Below, in pieces: positions 11,639 to 22,376 of a stretch of 39,253 nucleotides of DNA (positions are counted from its first letter, which is position 1; the number at the start of each line of letters is the position of its first letter). The position numbers and the translations under genes were made by a program. Source of the DNA: Octopus bimaculoides (Eukaryota); the NCBI RefSeq assembly GCF_001194135.2, contig NC_068985.1, positions 97,750,596-97,789,848 on the forward strand, written 5' to 3'. The notes beneath the pieces are model-generated. The model saw only the letters and a list, made by a program, of their open reading frames with translations, made no database searches and was not told where the DNA came from.

Positions 11639-11676
<38 letters not shown>

Positions 11677-12124
11677 TTGTCCCCTATTTGAATGTGTGTT
11701 TGTATATGAACGCATGTGTCACTCTGTATATGTGTGTATCATTGTATCTGTATGCGTATGTAAACATTATCCTCATTTCATCAACGTAGGTCTTTTGACA
11801 CGGAGTTTTAACTTCTCCTTTTTTTCGGGTTTTTGTCTTTTCATTTATTTTACCATTTTGTCAAATATTTTTTTTTATGTTCTATTATTGTTTGTTTTTT
11901 TCACGCCATTTTTCCACATTAGTGAATGACTTTTCTGTGTTTACACTATTTCTGTTGGTGTAAATTAATTTATATGTTACTAGCGAGAAATAGACTGGAA
12001 AGCTCCTGTCGTCCTCTTCTTTATCGGTTTAAACATGATAAGAACTGTGTCAACACAAGTATCAATACTGCTCCAGCCGGGGCCGTTTTATGAAAAAAAA
12101 AAGTGACTCTGTCATAGTGTGGCA

Positions 12125-12354
12125 TTCTTCTTCTTCTTCTTCTTCTTCTTCTTCTTCTTCTTCTTCTTCTTCTTCTTCTTCCTTCTTCTTCTTCCTTCTT
12201 CTTCTTCTTCTTCTTCTTCTTCTTCTTCTTCTTCTTCTTCGTCGTCGTCTTCTTCTTCTTCTTCTTCTTCTTCCTCCTCTTCTTCTTCTTCTTCTTCTTC
12301 CTCCTCCTCCTCCTCCTCTTCTTCTTTTTCTTCTTCTTCTTCTTCTTCTTCTTC
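12125..12354. repeat. (CTT)n trinucleotide array running into a gap
   Basis: Directly visible; source of the poly-K/R/E/S/L pseudo-ORFs. Confidence 0.97.
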
Positions 12355-12894
12355 NNNNNNNNNNNNNNNNNNNNNNNNNNNNNNNNNNNNNNNNNNNNNN
12401 NNNNNNNNNNNNNNNNNNNNNNNNNNNNNNNNNNNNNNNNNNNNNNNNNNNNNNNNNNNNNNNNNNNNNNNNNNNNNNNNNNNNNNNNNNNNNNNNNNNN
12501 NNNNNNNNNNNNNNNNNNNNNNNNNNNNNNNNNNNNNNNNNNNNNNNNNNNNNNNNNNNNNNNNNNNNNNNNNNNNNNNNNNNNNNNNNNNNNNNNNNNN
12601 NNNNNNNNNNNNNNNNNNNNNNNNNNNNNNNNNNNNNNNNNNNNNNNNNNNNNNNNNNNNNNNNNNNNNNNNNNNNNNNNNNNNNNNNNNNNNNNNNNNN
12701 NNNNNNNNNNNNNNNNNNNNNNNNNNNNNNNNNNNNNNNNNNNNNNNNNNNNNNNNNNNNNNNNNNNNNNNNNNNNNNNNNNNNNNNNNNNNNNNNNNNN
12801 NNNNNNNNNNNNNNNNNNNNNNNNNNNNNNNNNNNNNNNNNNNNNNNNNNNNNNNNNNNNNNNNNNNNNNNNNNNNNNNNNNNNNNNNNNNNNN

Positions 12895-12934
<40 letters not shown>

Positions 12935-12945
12935 CATTATTATTT

Positions 12946-13160
12946 AGGCAGCGAGCTGGCAGAATCGTTAGCACACCAGGCAAAATGCTTAGTGGTATTT
13001 CGTTTGTCTTTATTCTCTGAGTTCAAATCCCGCCGAGGTCGACTTTGCCTTTCATCCTTTCGAGGTCGATAAAATAAGTACCAGTTGACCACTAGAGTCG
13101 ATGTAATCGACTCATACCCTCCCCTAAAGAACGCTGCCCTTGTGGCAAAATTTGAAACCA
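12946..13160 (+). mobile_element. SINE family C, third tail variant (C3) ending in (ATT)n
   Basis: Head AGGCAGCGAGCTGGCAGAATCGTTAGCAC, B box GAGTTCAAATCCC, central GGTCGACTTTGCCTTTCATCCTTTCGAGGTCGATAAAATAAGTACC (resembles the Meta/MESC SINE domain as I recall it), tail CCCTTGTGGCAAAATTTGAAACC(ATT)n. Confidence 0.92.
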
Positions 13161-13234
13161 TTATTATTATCATTATTTTTATTATTATTATTACCATTAT
13201 TGTTATTATTTTTATCATCATTATTATTATTATT

Positions 13235-13272
<38 letters not shown>

Positions 13273-13411
13273 TATTATTATTATTATTTTATGTTTGACT
13301 TTTGCTTTGCATTTGTACAAGTTGGATCCAAGTCTCACCCAGAGACCTCAAGAGACAACAAGTTAGAAGTTCACGTAGGTGTTATCATTATTATTATTAT
13401 TATTATTATTA

Positions 13412-13442
<31 letters not shown>

Positions 13443-13483
13443 CATCATCATCATTATTATTATTATTATTATTACTATTATTA

Positions 13484-13536
<53 letters not shown>

Positions 13537-13545
13537 TTATTTTAT
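13160..13545. repeat. (ATT)n/(ATC)n arrays
   Basis: Two arrays at about 13160-13290 and 13385-13540. Confidence 0.96.
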
Positions 13546-13924
13546 TTATTTATTTTCCCTTTACGAGTGGTGATAAATTGTTTTCTTTCTAGGTTGTTTC
13601 TTCAACAAGCCTCCCAACTCGTTCTCACTGATCGACGTTAAGTCAAATATGTAAACAACAAAGTTAATTTGGAGGAAAGCTATCGAATAACAGTTCTTGT
13701 GTCTGCTGTAGATCTTGTTACTGTAGTTGTTGTTGTTGTTATTGTTTCTTGTTCTTTCTTAAAAGGTACCTCGGACTTTTCTTAAAGCTTCAGTTGTAAC
13801 GACAACAATTCTTTCTTTTCTTAGTCACTGGGGCCTGATGTACAATACAAAACGCGCCACCGCAAATAGGATTATAAATAGCGTGGAGAATCTACATTCA
13901 CAAAATCACAAATACATATAAATA

Positions 13925-13962
13925 TGTGTACATGTATGTATGTATGTATGTATGTATGTATG

Positions 13963-13994
<32 letters not shown>

Positions 13995-14006
13995 TGTATG
14001 TATGTA

Positions 14007-14037
<31 letters not shown>

Positions 14038-14156
14038 ATGTATATGTTGTGAAGGGTGCGTGGCTTAGAGGTTAGGGTATTCAGCTAACGATCATAAGAT
14101 CGGGAGTTCGATTATTGGCGGAGCGTTGTGTCCTTGCGCAAGACATTTTAAATATA

Positions 14157-14240
<84 letters not shown>
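13925..14240. repeat. (TATG)n, (TA)n and (TG)n arrays around a SINE head
   Basis: Directly visible. Confidence 0.95.
14051..14149 (+). mobile_element. SINE family A, head plus start of CORE only
   Basis: GGTGCGTGGCTTAGAGGTTAGG...GGAGTTCGATT...TTGTGTCCTTGCGCAAGAC, then (TA)n. Confidence 0.85.
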
Positions 14241-14241
<1 letters not shown>

Positions 14242-14324
14242 ATTTAAGGGTACTATTGTTTTTAATTTACAATAATATCAGTGGCTAGCATGCGTAAAAA
14301 CCATAAAGGTAAAAATTATTCGAT

Positions 14325-14448
14325 AATAATGAAGGGTACCACTAGAAGTACCAGCATGGTAAAAATAACAGTCAAACGACTTAAAAACTATGGGTTTAAG
14401 TCATTTTGACTGTTATGTTTAGCATGCTGGTAGTACTACTTCATTATT
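14325..14448. repeat. short fold-back inverted repeat
   Basis: 14349-14385 pairs with 14395-14432 (3 mismatches, 1 gap, 9-nt loop). Outer AATAATGAAG / CTTCATTATT also pair. Confidence 0.88.
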
Positions 14449-14673
14449 AATATATATAATATATATATATGTAAGAGAGAGAAGAAATCTAATAGAAAAT
14501 GTTGAGATAGGTTAAAAGTATGCTATATGTAAGAAGTGCAAATAGGGCAAACATCTTAACACAGGATGTCGTATAAATTTCATGTTTTCCCTCATCAAAT
14601 TTGAACTGTTTTTATAAGTGTACCTGTGTCTGTGTCGTCAATTCCTTTTTAATTAACTTTTTTTTTTAATTAC

Positions 14674-14770
14674 TTTTCGTGCTTCCAAAAGTTTTAGGAG
14701 CATATTTGCTTCCATCGTCTGTGTGGCTAGCTTCTTTAAGGCTGCTATCGCTACCTCAGAGGTTGTTCTG
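14674..14770 (-). CDS. candidate internal exon (RTTSEVAIAALKKLATQTMEANMLLKLLEARK), unidentified
   Basis: Strong acceptor TTTGTTTCAGTTTTTTTTTTTCCAG and donor AAA/GTAATT; 97 nt, one open frame (phase 2 to 0). Shares an exact 46 bp with 16629-16674. Confidence 0.35.
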
Positions 14771-15164
14771 CTGGAAAAAAAAAAACTGAAACAAATGAAA
14801 AATGGATGTCTGTGAAAGCTAAAAATGCTTGGAATGGGCTGGGAGACAAAATTTTTCTCCTGCTTCAGAGTAGATATTCAAAAGTTCCGAAGGTCTTTGT
14901 TGGTAAAAACAAAAATCACTTTTGCATAAAAGGCAACCCTGGAAGAAAATATCTAAGAAGAGATTCGTGGAACGCGACAGTTTACAGTGAAGAACAGTGG
15001 CAGCAACGTCAACAACAACAATAAATCACATTAATTTCAAATGAAATCTTAAGAACACAGATTACTGCTATTGTCGTTGCTGTGGCTGTTACGCTTTGAG
15101 CAGATCTATAATCAAAAGCATTCGAGCTGTGACCACCGGTATTTTTCTTATTCAGAAATATTTC

Positions 15165-15378
15165 TTTCTATGTCTGATAGAAGGCAGCAAATTTGAGAAG
15201 GAAAGTCAATTACATTGCCTCCCATATTTGACTGGTGCTTTATCTTATCGGCCCCAAAAGCACCGAAGGTAAATTCAGCTTCAGCGAAATTTGAACTCAA
15301 TAAGAATGTAAAGATCCGCAAGAAATACCGCAAAGCCCCTTTTTCCGAAGAGCTAACGGTTCTGTCAACTCGCCGTTA
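15165..15378 (-). mobile_element. degenerate SINE family C
   Basis: GACTGGTGCTTTATCTTATCGGCCCC...GCGAAATTTGAACTCA...GAAATACCGCAAAGC...CTAACGGTTCTGTCAACTCGCCGTTA. Confidence 0.75.
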
Positions 15379-15937
15379 TCTAGCACAAACTAATGGCTAC
15401 CCCCTTTTCAACAAATGGGGGTTGGTTATAGCCCATTAAATTAATGAGGTTATTTTAGTAAGATTTATTTTCCCATTCTCTGCAAAGATAAAGAATAAAA
15501 AAAGAGAGAGAAAACCCATTCGGATTCAGTTAGATTTGAAATGTGGACGGAAACAGTCGTACACAAGAACTACAGCAAGCCATTTGGTCCTCCTACTTAC
15601 TTATGTCACCTTTAATGCATTGCTCCCACCCACTACCCTATTGTCAATGAAGCTAAGTGACAGATAACAACTTTAGATTGTATCTTTCACGTAGATAAAC
15701 CATTCAATTCAGATATTTCTCTCAAGACAAACTAGAAATTTCCTCATGTTTCTTCCAGCTTTTAAAACGTTTATGTTTTTTTGCGGTAGATCTTACCGTA
15801 AACAATACACAAAATAGCTAAAGTAGTTACTTGTGTGTGCGCATGTGCGTGAATCTGTGTATGTATGAGTGTGTGTGTGTGAGAGAGAGAGGGAGAAAGA
15901 TTAAGAAAGGAAAGCAAAGATAGAGACGAAACGTACG

Positions 15938-15975
<38 letters not shown>

Positions 15976-16095
15976 NNNNNNNNNNNNNNNNNNNNNNNNN
16001 NNNNNNNNNNNNNNNNNNNNNNNNNNNNNNNNNNNNNNNNNNNNNNNNNNNNNNNNNNNNNNNNNNNNNNNNNNNNNNNNNNNNNNNNNNNNNNN

Positions 16096-16131
<36 letters not shown>

Positions 16132-16596
16132 TCTACTTCGAAATCACTGTCAACTTTTTCCGTGTCAAAGTTATTAAATATGTATTCTACTAAAAATTAC
16201 TCAGTAATCCTTCATTCCAATGTTAAATTGTTTTCGTTTGTAACTTGATATAAACACACACACGCACGCGCGCACACCACGCATACGCACACACGTGCAC
16301 ACACTCACACATATGTGTGTATTCTTGTGTGTGAGGGTACTTTAGATTTATGTGTGTCATTTAAATACACGTGACTATGTTAAAGTGTGCATGACGTTTT
16401 ATGGAAATTAATTTCTAATGAATTACCACCCTGGCAGCGTTTCTCTGTTATTAAAGACCCTGAAACTGAAACCGTGATGCCATTCCCTAATGGGTTTGGT
16501 CAGTGTGAAGAAAAAATCGGGAATTCTAACTCCGCAATCATTGATCAGGAAAGAAGACTCTGTACCTCCATGTCAAAACTGTTTCGTAGTCTTGGA

Positions 16597-16759
16597 TCAT
16601 CCGATTGCACATATTGCGTTTTGGTCCGTATTTGCTTCCATCGTCTGTGTGGCTAGCTTCTTTAAGGCTGCTATATTGTGTTGTGGTCCTTCTTTATGTG
16701 TTCCGGATTTTTGTACTCGGAGTTCAAATTCTGTCTCAGAATCGAAACCTAGCCGATAT
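16597..16759 (-). CDS. candidate alternative terminal exon (YRLGFDSETEFELRVQKSGTHKEGPQHNIAALKKLATQTMEANTDQNAICAIG*)
   Basis: Preceded by TTCTCTCAAATACTAACTTAG. Phase-2 entry reads the shared 46 bp in the same frame as 14674-14770. TGA at 16597-16599. Confidence 0.25.
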
Positions 16760-16786
16760 CTAAGTTAGTATTTGAGAGAAAACCTT

Positions 16787-16930
16787 TTTTTCAGTTTCCG
16801 TCTACCAAATCCACTCACAAGGCCCGAGGCTAAAGTAGAAGGCCCTTGTCCAAAGTACCACACAGGTACCAAAACCATGTGGTTGGTAAGCAAGCTTCTT
16901 ACTCCACAGTCACGTGTACCACACAGCCAC
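16787..16930 (-). mobile_element. SINE family B, 5' half with deletions
   Basis: TTCAGTTTCCGTCTACCAAATCCACTCACAAGG...CATGTGGTTGGTAAGCAAGCTTCTTAC...CCACACAGCCAC. Confidence 0.85.
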
Positions 16931-17239
16931 GTGTATGTGTGTATTTTTATGCATTGATAAATGCATAGACGCATAGGTCTGCATGTACATATGTGTGTGT
17001 ATTGAGATTTTATTGGAAGAAATATTTATCAAATATATTTACTGTATTAACAAATAAGCTCTTACAAGAATTCGTTCTCGTGTTTATTATTAGCCAAATA
17101 TTAATTAGGTTAATTAACACACGCATACAATATGCAAAATCTCTTTTCTTGAAATGATAGCTGATTGCAGTGTGTTAAGATCGAACTCTGTCAAGGCCAA
17201 TTTCCTCTCTTCACCTTTTACAATTTCCTTCCTTTATTA

Positions 17240-17666
17240 AGGCGGCGAGGTGGCAGAATCGTTAGCACACCGAGCAATATGCTTCTCGGTATTTCGTCCG
17301 TCTTTACGTTCTGAGTTCGAATTCCGCTGAGGTCGACTTTGCCTTTCATTCTTTCGGGGTCGATAAATTAAGTACTAATTACGCACTGAGGTCGATGTAA
17401 TCACCTCAATCCCTTTGTCTGTCCTTGTTTATCCCCTCTAAGTTTAGCCCCTTGTGGGTAATAAAGAAATAAGAAACGTTAGCACACGGAGCGAAATGCT
17501 TAGCGGTATTTCGTCCGTCTTTACGTTGAGTTTAAATTCCGCCGAGGTCGACTTCGCCTTTCATTCTTTTGGAGTCGATAAATTAAGTACCAGTTGCTGG
17601 GGTCGATCTAATCGACTGCCCCCCTCCACCAAAATTTCGGGCCTTGTGCCTAGAGTAGAAAAGAAT
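17240..17666 (+). mobile_element. tandem SINE C dimer: full C1 (17240-17472) + 5'-truncated C2 (17478-17666)
   Basis: Two consecutive copies of head, B box and central domain with different tails. Degenerate flanking repeat AATTTCCT(TC/CT)CTTTA at 17222-17236 and 17664-17678. Confidence 0.92.
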
Positions 17667-18159
17667 TTCCTCTCTTTACCTTCCTCTCTTCGCCTCTAAT
17701 TTCCTCTCCTCACCTTCAATATCAAGATCGCACACTACCACACCCTGCTACACTCCTCTCTTGCTTTCTGTACAGTTCTTTTCAACACATTTGTGCTTGT
17801 AAACCTGTTGTGTATGTGTGCTGTTAGTTTTCATGTTTTGTATATATCAATGTAATATTTATATGAGAATTTGTCCCAGTGTGGGTGTATATTGTATATA
17901 TTTGAGCTTGTGTTGCTATGCATGTTCGTGTGTGAATTCATTTGTTGCTGCTCCTTCTTTCATCTACGGTTACTTTATGACTTGACTGTACGCTTATTGT
18001 TATCATTGTTGTTTTCGATTAATACCAAGTAGTCCCAGCTTCAACAGACTGACATTACATTCTCGAGTCCTAGCGCTCGCAGAGGCGGTTATCCGATTTC
18101 CAAAGCGTGTGCCAGTCTATCGTACGTCTGCTTCATTTACAGCAACATAAAATGTAGCT

Positions 18160-18242
18160 TTTTGCTCAAGAACGCAACACACTGCCTAAACCGGGAATCG
18201 AAACCGCAAGTGCAACACCCTAACCACCAGGCCACGTGCCTC
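18160..18242 (-). mobile_element. SINE family A head fragment
   Basis: Reverse complement GGCACGTGGCCTGGTGGTTAGGGTG...GGTTTCGATTCCCGG...TTGCGTTCTTGAGCAA. Confidence 0.8.
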
Positions 18243-18519
18243 AACGCTTTAATAGACATCAAATGTAGTAAACCTTCAGCCATCCAGGTTTTTTCCGGTT
18301 TAGTGTATACCAGACTACAATATCTGATGTGTTATTCTTTTGGTTCCTTTCGGCTAGAGGTGTAATTTACGAAAGATTTTGTTGATATTTCTCAATCGTT
18401 TTGTCACGTAGTGACACTCGCATTGTCCTATCCGTAAGTAGCTTGAACACTATCTTTGGACAATGAGATTGCCCCAAAGCTGTTAAACCGGATGCTCTCT
18501 TCGACGAACCCCAACACAA

Positions 18520-18670
18520 GTTTTTATCTATAAAATTTCACTGCCCAATTATTGGTCAACTCCATGCTATTATACAAGACACTTGCCCAGTTTGCCCCAC
18601 AGCTGGATCAAACATGGAACCACGTGCTTGTGAAGCCACACCTCTATATTTACGAAGTACAGCCAAGCCT
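18520..18670 (-). mobile_element. degenerate SINE family B-related fragment
   Basis: CAAGACACTTGCCCAG...AACATGGAACCACGTGCTTG...ACAGCCAAGCCTGCG. Confidence 0.5.
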
Positions 18671-19736
18671 GCGGTTCTTTGTGCATGTATACTTACTCTC
18701 TCCCTCTCTTTCTCCCTCTCTCTACCCACCTCCTCACACAAATGCCAACACACAGAGTAGAATAATTTACGCGATGTGATTTATTGATAGAGTTAACAAA
18801 TAATCCGATAAAACGAAAGACTAGGCTGACGTTTTAATGTGAAAAATTTAATTAAACACCCTGATTGTTGACCCTAAGTATACACAATGACATTCTAAGT
18901 AAAACTGAAGTTTTTACAAACAACCCAGCTGAGTTGCAAATTAAAAGTTTCGGAATAATTCGGAGCCCGTTGAGTTAAAGGTGAATAAGTCGTTCAAAAC
19001 ATAAGTGGGGTTCAGTTGTTTATTATTATAAACTTTATCTCTTTTTCTTCACTTCCTTCTATTTTTTTTTCTTCTCCCTCTTTCTTTCACCCTGATTGCT
19101 TAATGATGCTCATTTTCACATACTGATCACACTTTTCCCCGAGAGTTCCGGTTCGGCCAATATTTGTCCTTTTTGTAACTGGGAAAGTCCAGGTAGCTTG
19201 ACAGATGAAATTTAGCTATCTTGTTATGCGACTTGCGACTGAACAACTGAGGAGGGTGGGAGAAATGAGACAGCGGTGTATTTAGGGTAACCTGGGATAT
19301 ATATGAAACTGGGTTTGCGAAAAAAGAGTCTGTAAAAGACGCAGCTACATTAAATATGGAGTGAAATCAAGGTTACAGACAACAAACAGGCTTGTTAAGC
19401 TCCGTTTGTTTAGCATGCAAATAAAATATGATTACAAAATTTTAACAAATTTTTCTACTCGGTAACACGTGTAGGAAAACGCTGATCTTGTATTTATATT
19501 TATGCTCTTTAGCATGATACGCTTCTCTGCAGTAAATGAACGACACCAGATTGTGCAAAACATGGTCTGCTTCACTACTATATTTTTACTTTGATTGATT
19601 GATAATAAGCAATAACAGAGTGAGGCTCTATAAGAATCATATATCTAGTCTTTTTATAAAGTTTTTCCTCCCGCTTATGCTATTCGTGTTACAAGTGTGT
19701 ACGTACGCCGCTATATGTATATATAAATATAAAAAA

Positions 19737-20000
19737 TGTAACAAAAATGCAATGGAAGACAATAAAACATTCGAATAGATAGACGATTCAAAGGCGGACA
19801 GGAATAGAGGGACAGGGGAAAAAAAAAAGAACGAGTCATTCGTGGCCTTCTTTCTCCAGTCAAGTTACTTGGTTGGTAACTTTACTGATTGAAGAAAGAA
19901 GACCACGAATGACCCGTCCTTTTTTTTTCTGTCCCTTTATTCCTGTCCACCTTTGAATCATCTATCTGTCCGAATGTTTTATTGTCCACTATTGTATTTT

Positions 20001-20007
<7 letters not shown>
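19737..20007. repeat. 270-bp fold-back palindrome (arms about 132 bp, 7-nt loop)
   Basis: 19737-19868 is the reverse complement of 19876-20007 throughout, e.g. GTCATTCGTGGCCTTCTTTCT / AGAAAGAAGACCACGAATGAC and AAAACATTCGAATAGATAGACGATTCAAAGGCGGACAGG / CCTGTCCACCTTTGAATCATCTATCTGTCCGAATGTTTT. Confidence 0.95.
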
Positions 20008-20069
<62 letters not shown>

Positions 20070-20316
20070 TAGATTCAAGGTGAATATGGTACTTAAGTTT
20101 AGGCATCAGAATTAAGTATTAAGGGATTAAAATCAAAATAAGCAACAAGGATATCATTAACTTCCGTACTGCATTAACNNNNNNNNNNNNNNNNNNNNNN
20201 NNNNNNNNNNNNNNNNNNNNNNNNNNNNNNNNNNNNNNNNNNNNNNNNNNNNNNNNNNNNNNNNNNNNNNNNNNNNNATAAAAAAGGGTTTTGTATGATC
20301 GTGTATAGAGGAATAT

Positions 20317-20719
20317 ATTATTTAAAAGAGTTCCAACTCTGTTTTTTATGTTTTATTTATATTCTTATAAAATTAATGTGGTATATAGAATATGGAATAT
20401 ATAATATAAATAGTAAAATGAAATGAAGTATTGAATGTCTTATTGAATATATGAAATATTGAGTATTAAATATATAAGGACTCTTTTTTTTCTTTTTTTT
20501 CTTTTTTCTTTTGATGATGATGTGTGTGTGTGTGTACAGAAACTTAATACTCTATATTTAATACTCATTATTTCATATATTCAATAAGACATTCAATACT
20601 TAATTTCATTTTACTATTTATATTATATTATATATTCCATATTCTATATCCCACATTAATTTTATAAGAATATAAATAAAACATAAAAAACAGACAGAGT
20701 TGGAACTCTTTTAAATAAT
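20317..20719. repeat. AT-rich long inverted repeat (arms about 160-165 bp, spacer about 75 bp), MITE/fold-back-like
   Basis: 20317-20475 pairs with 20553-20719 with a few substitutions and two short indels; TA-rich flanks. Confidence 0.95.
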
Positions 20720-21719
20720 TATATATATATATATATATATTCATAATGTTTCTTGCTTATTTGGAAAACATAGTCATGTTAGCTTCTACATCACCAAATC
20801 AATGATTATAGCCAATGTCAACCCTTTCCCACGGTGACCGTGATTATGAAGACGTCCAACAATACCGTCATCACCACCACAATGACAACCACCATTCACA
20901 TTATTACTTATTGCTACTAGTGTGCATAAACATTTTGGAAAGCATCTGTGCAGTCAATTGTCCATATTAACAATGTTTCATTATCAGGTGATATCGGCTG
21001 CTTCTGGTAGTGGTGGTTGTGGTAGTAGTAGTAGTAGTAGTAGAAGCAGCGTTACAACAAGTAGGCTATTATTTATGAAGTAAAGCCCCACCTCGATTTA
21101 CTTGACCTTTCAATAAAAAGAAACCTGTGTTTAGATCAATGATAATAAATGCTTGGAAACCTATTCATTTACTTATTTATTTATCTTTCAAAACCGATTG
21201 CGCATTTACATAGGAACAAATCCGAGCCTGTAACTTATATACAGGATAATATTTGCATATGTATTATACGAGTACTTCTACATACAACGTTTATGAAACT
21301 GTGCTGTGTGTGCGAGCGTATGTGTGTGAATGTGTGTGCATGTGTGTGTGTGTGTGTGTGTGTTTGTACGTGTCCGTCCGTGTTCGTCTTCGTGTGTGTT
21401 ATAGTTTTTTCATATCTACTTTACCTTCACTGGAACAGCTCAGACATTGTTAACATAAAGTTAATAGAGCACGATTATGATTGAATCACCTTATTTCAAA
21501 TTATCCAATCACTGGCCACCTAAAACCTGAATGAATAAGAACCCTACTGTTACTACTATTAACATTACTACATTAATGCATTATAGCATGCCTCATTGAC
21601 TTCTGTATTTCAATCAATGAACTTTTTCTGACATAAGACTTTGATTCTTTCATTAACCTCACCTTATGATGTAAAGGAGCTAGATAGCCGTGCGCGACTA
21701 AGAAGCTCCCATTGCTACT

Positions 21720-21837
21720 GAATAGCTTCTAGTTCAGTCCCACTGCGTGGCACCTTGGACAAGTGTCTCCTACTATAGTCCCGGGCCTAATAATACCTTG
21801 TGAATGAACCTGGCAGAAGAAAACTGTGGAGGCCGTC

Positions 21838-21840
<3 letters not shown>
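21720..21840 (+). mobile_element. SINE family B 5' half ending in (TA)n
   Basis: AGTTCAGTCCCACTGCGTGGCACCTTGGACAAGTGTCTCCTACTATAG...GAAAACTGTGGAGGCCGTCGTATATA; (TA)n at about 21838-21980. Confidence 0.85.
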
Positions 21841-21935
<95 letters not shown>

Positions 21936-22049
21936 GCGTGTATATATATATATATATGTATGTATGTATGTATGCATATATTAATAGTAATGGTATGACA
22001 ACAAAAGAATGAATGAGATCTCGATATTATGTAAATAGAGGAATTTATC

Positions 22050-22142
22050 TGTAATATAATATGTGACAATTATTCGGTTGCCGACATCCGAAACTCGGAG
22101 TTTTATTATGGCAACCGAATAGTTGTCACATATTATATTACA
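22050..22142. repeat. hairpin, 33-bp arms (32/33 complementary), 27-nt loop
   Basis: TGTAATATAATATGTGACAATTATTCGGTTGCC at 22050-22082 versus 22110-22142. Confidence 0.95.
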
Positions 22143-22169
22143 TATATATATATATATTAAGATGTCCTT

Positions 22170-22266
22170 AATAGCGACTGAGAGTGCAGGGTAGAACCCA
22201 CATTGCGAGAAACAAGAGACTTGTTTCTAGAAATGTAGGTGCTACCCTGCGCCCTGAGTCACTATT
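22170..22266. repeat. imperfect GC-balanced hairpin, about 47-bp arms, 3-nt loop
   Basis: TAGCGACTGAGAGTGCAGGGTAGAACCCACATT pairs 27/33 with AATGTAGGTGCTACCCTGCGCCCTGAGTCACTA. Inner AGAAACAAG-AGA-CTTGTTTCT is a perfect stem. Confidence 0.9.
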
Positions 22267-22328
22267 CGTGACAAGTGAATTTTTTTTGTTTTATATTGTG
22301 TGTGTGTGAGTACATGCGTATATATATG

Positions 22329-22376
<48 letters not shown>

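Noticed and set aside
13597-13920. Plus-strand exon candidates after TTTTCTTTCTAG and TTCTTTTCTTAG acceptors
   Set aside because: Both strands give short plausible peptides; there is no consistent phase chain and no recognisable homology.
16410-16759. Minus frame interrupted only by two TGA codons (selenocysteine or edited-stop readthrough idea)
   Set aside because: Two TGA stops in one frame is unremarkable by chance, and no SECIS-like or editing structure was identified.
16387-16768. Plus-strand ORFs of 89 and 92 aa
   Set aside because: No recognisable domain or splice support; the hydrophobic stretch is what the antisense of a charged helix would give.
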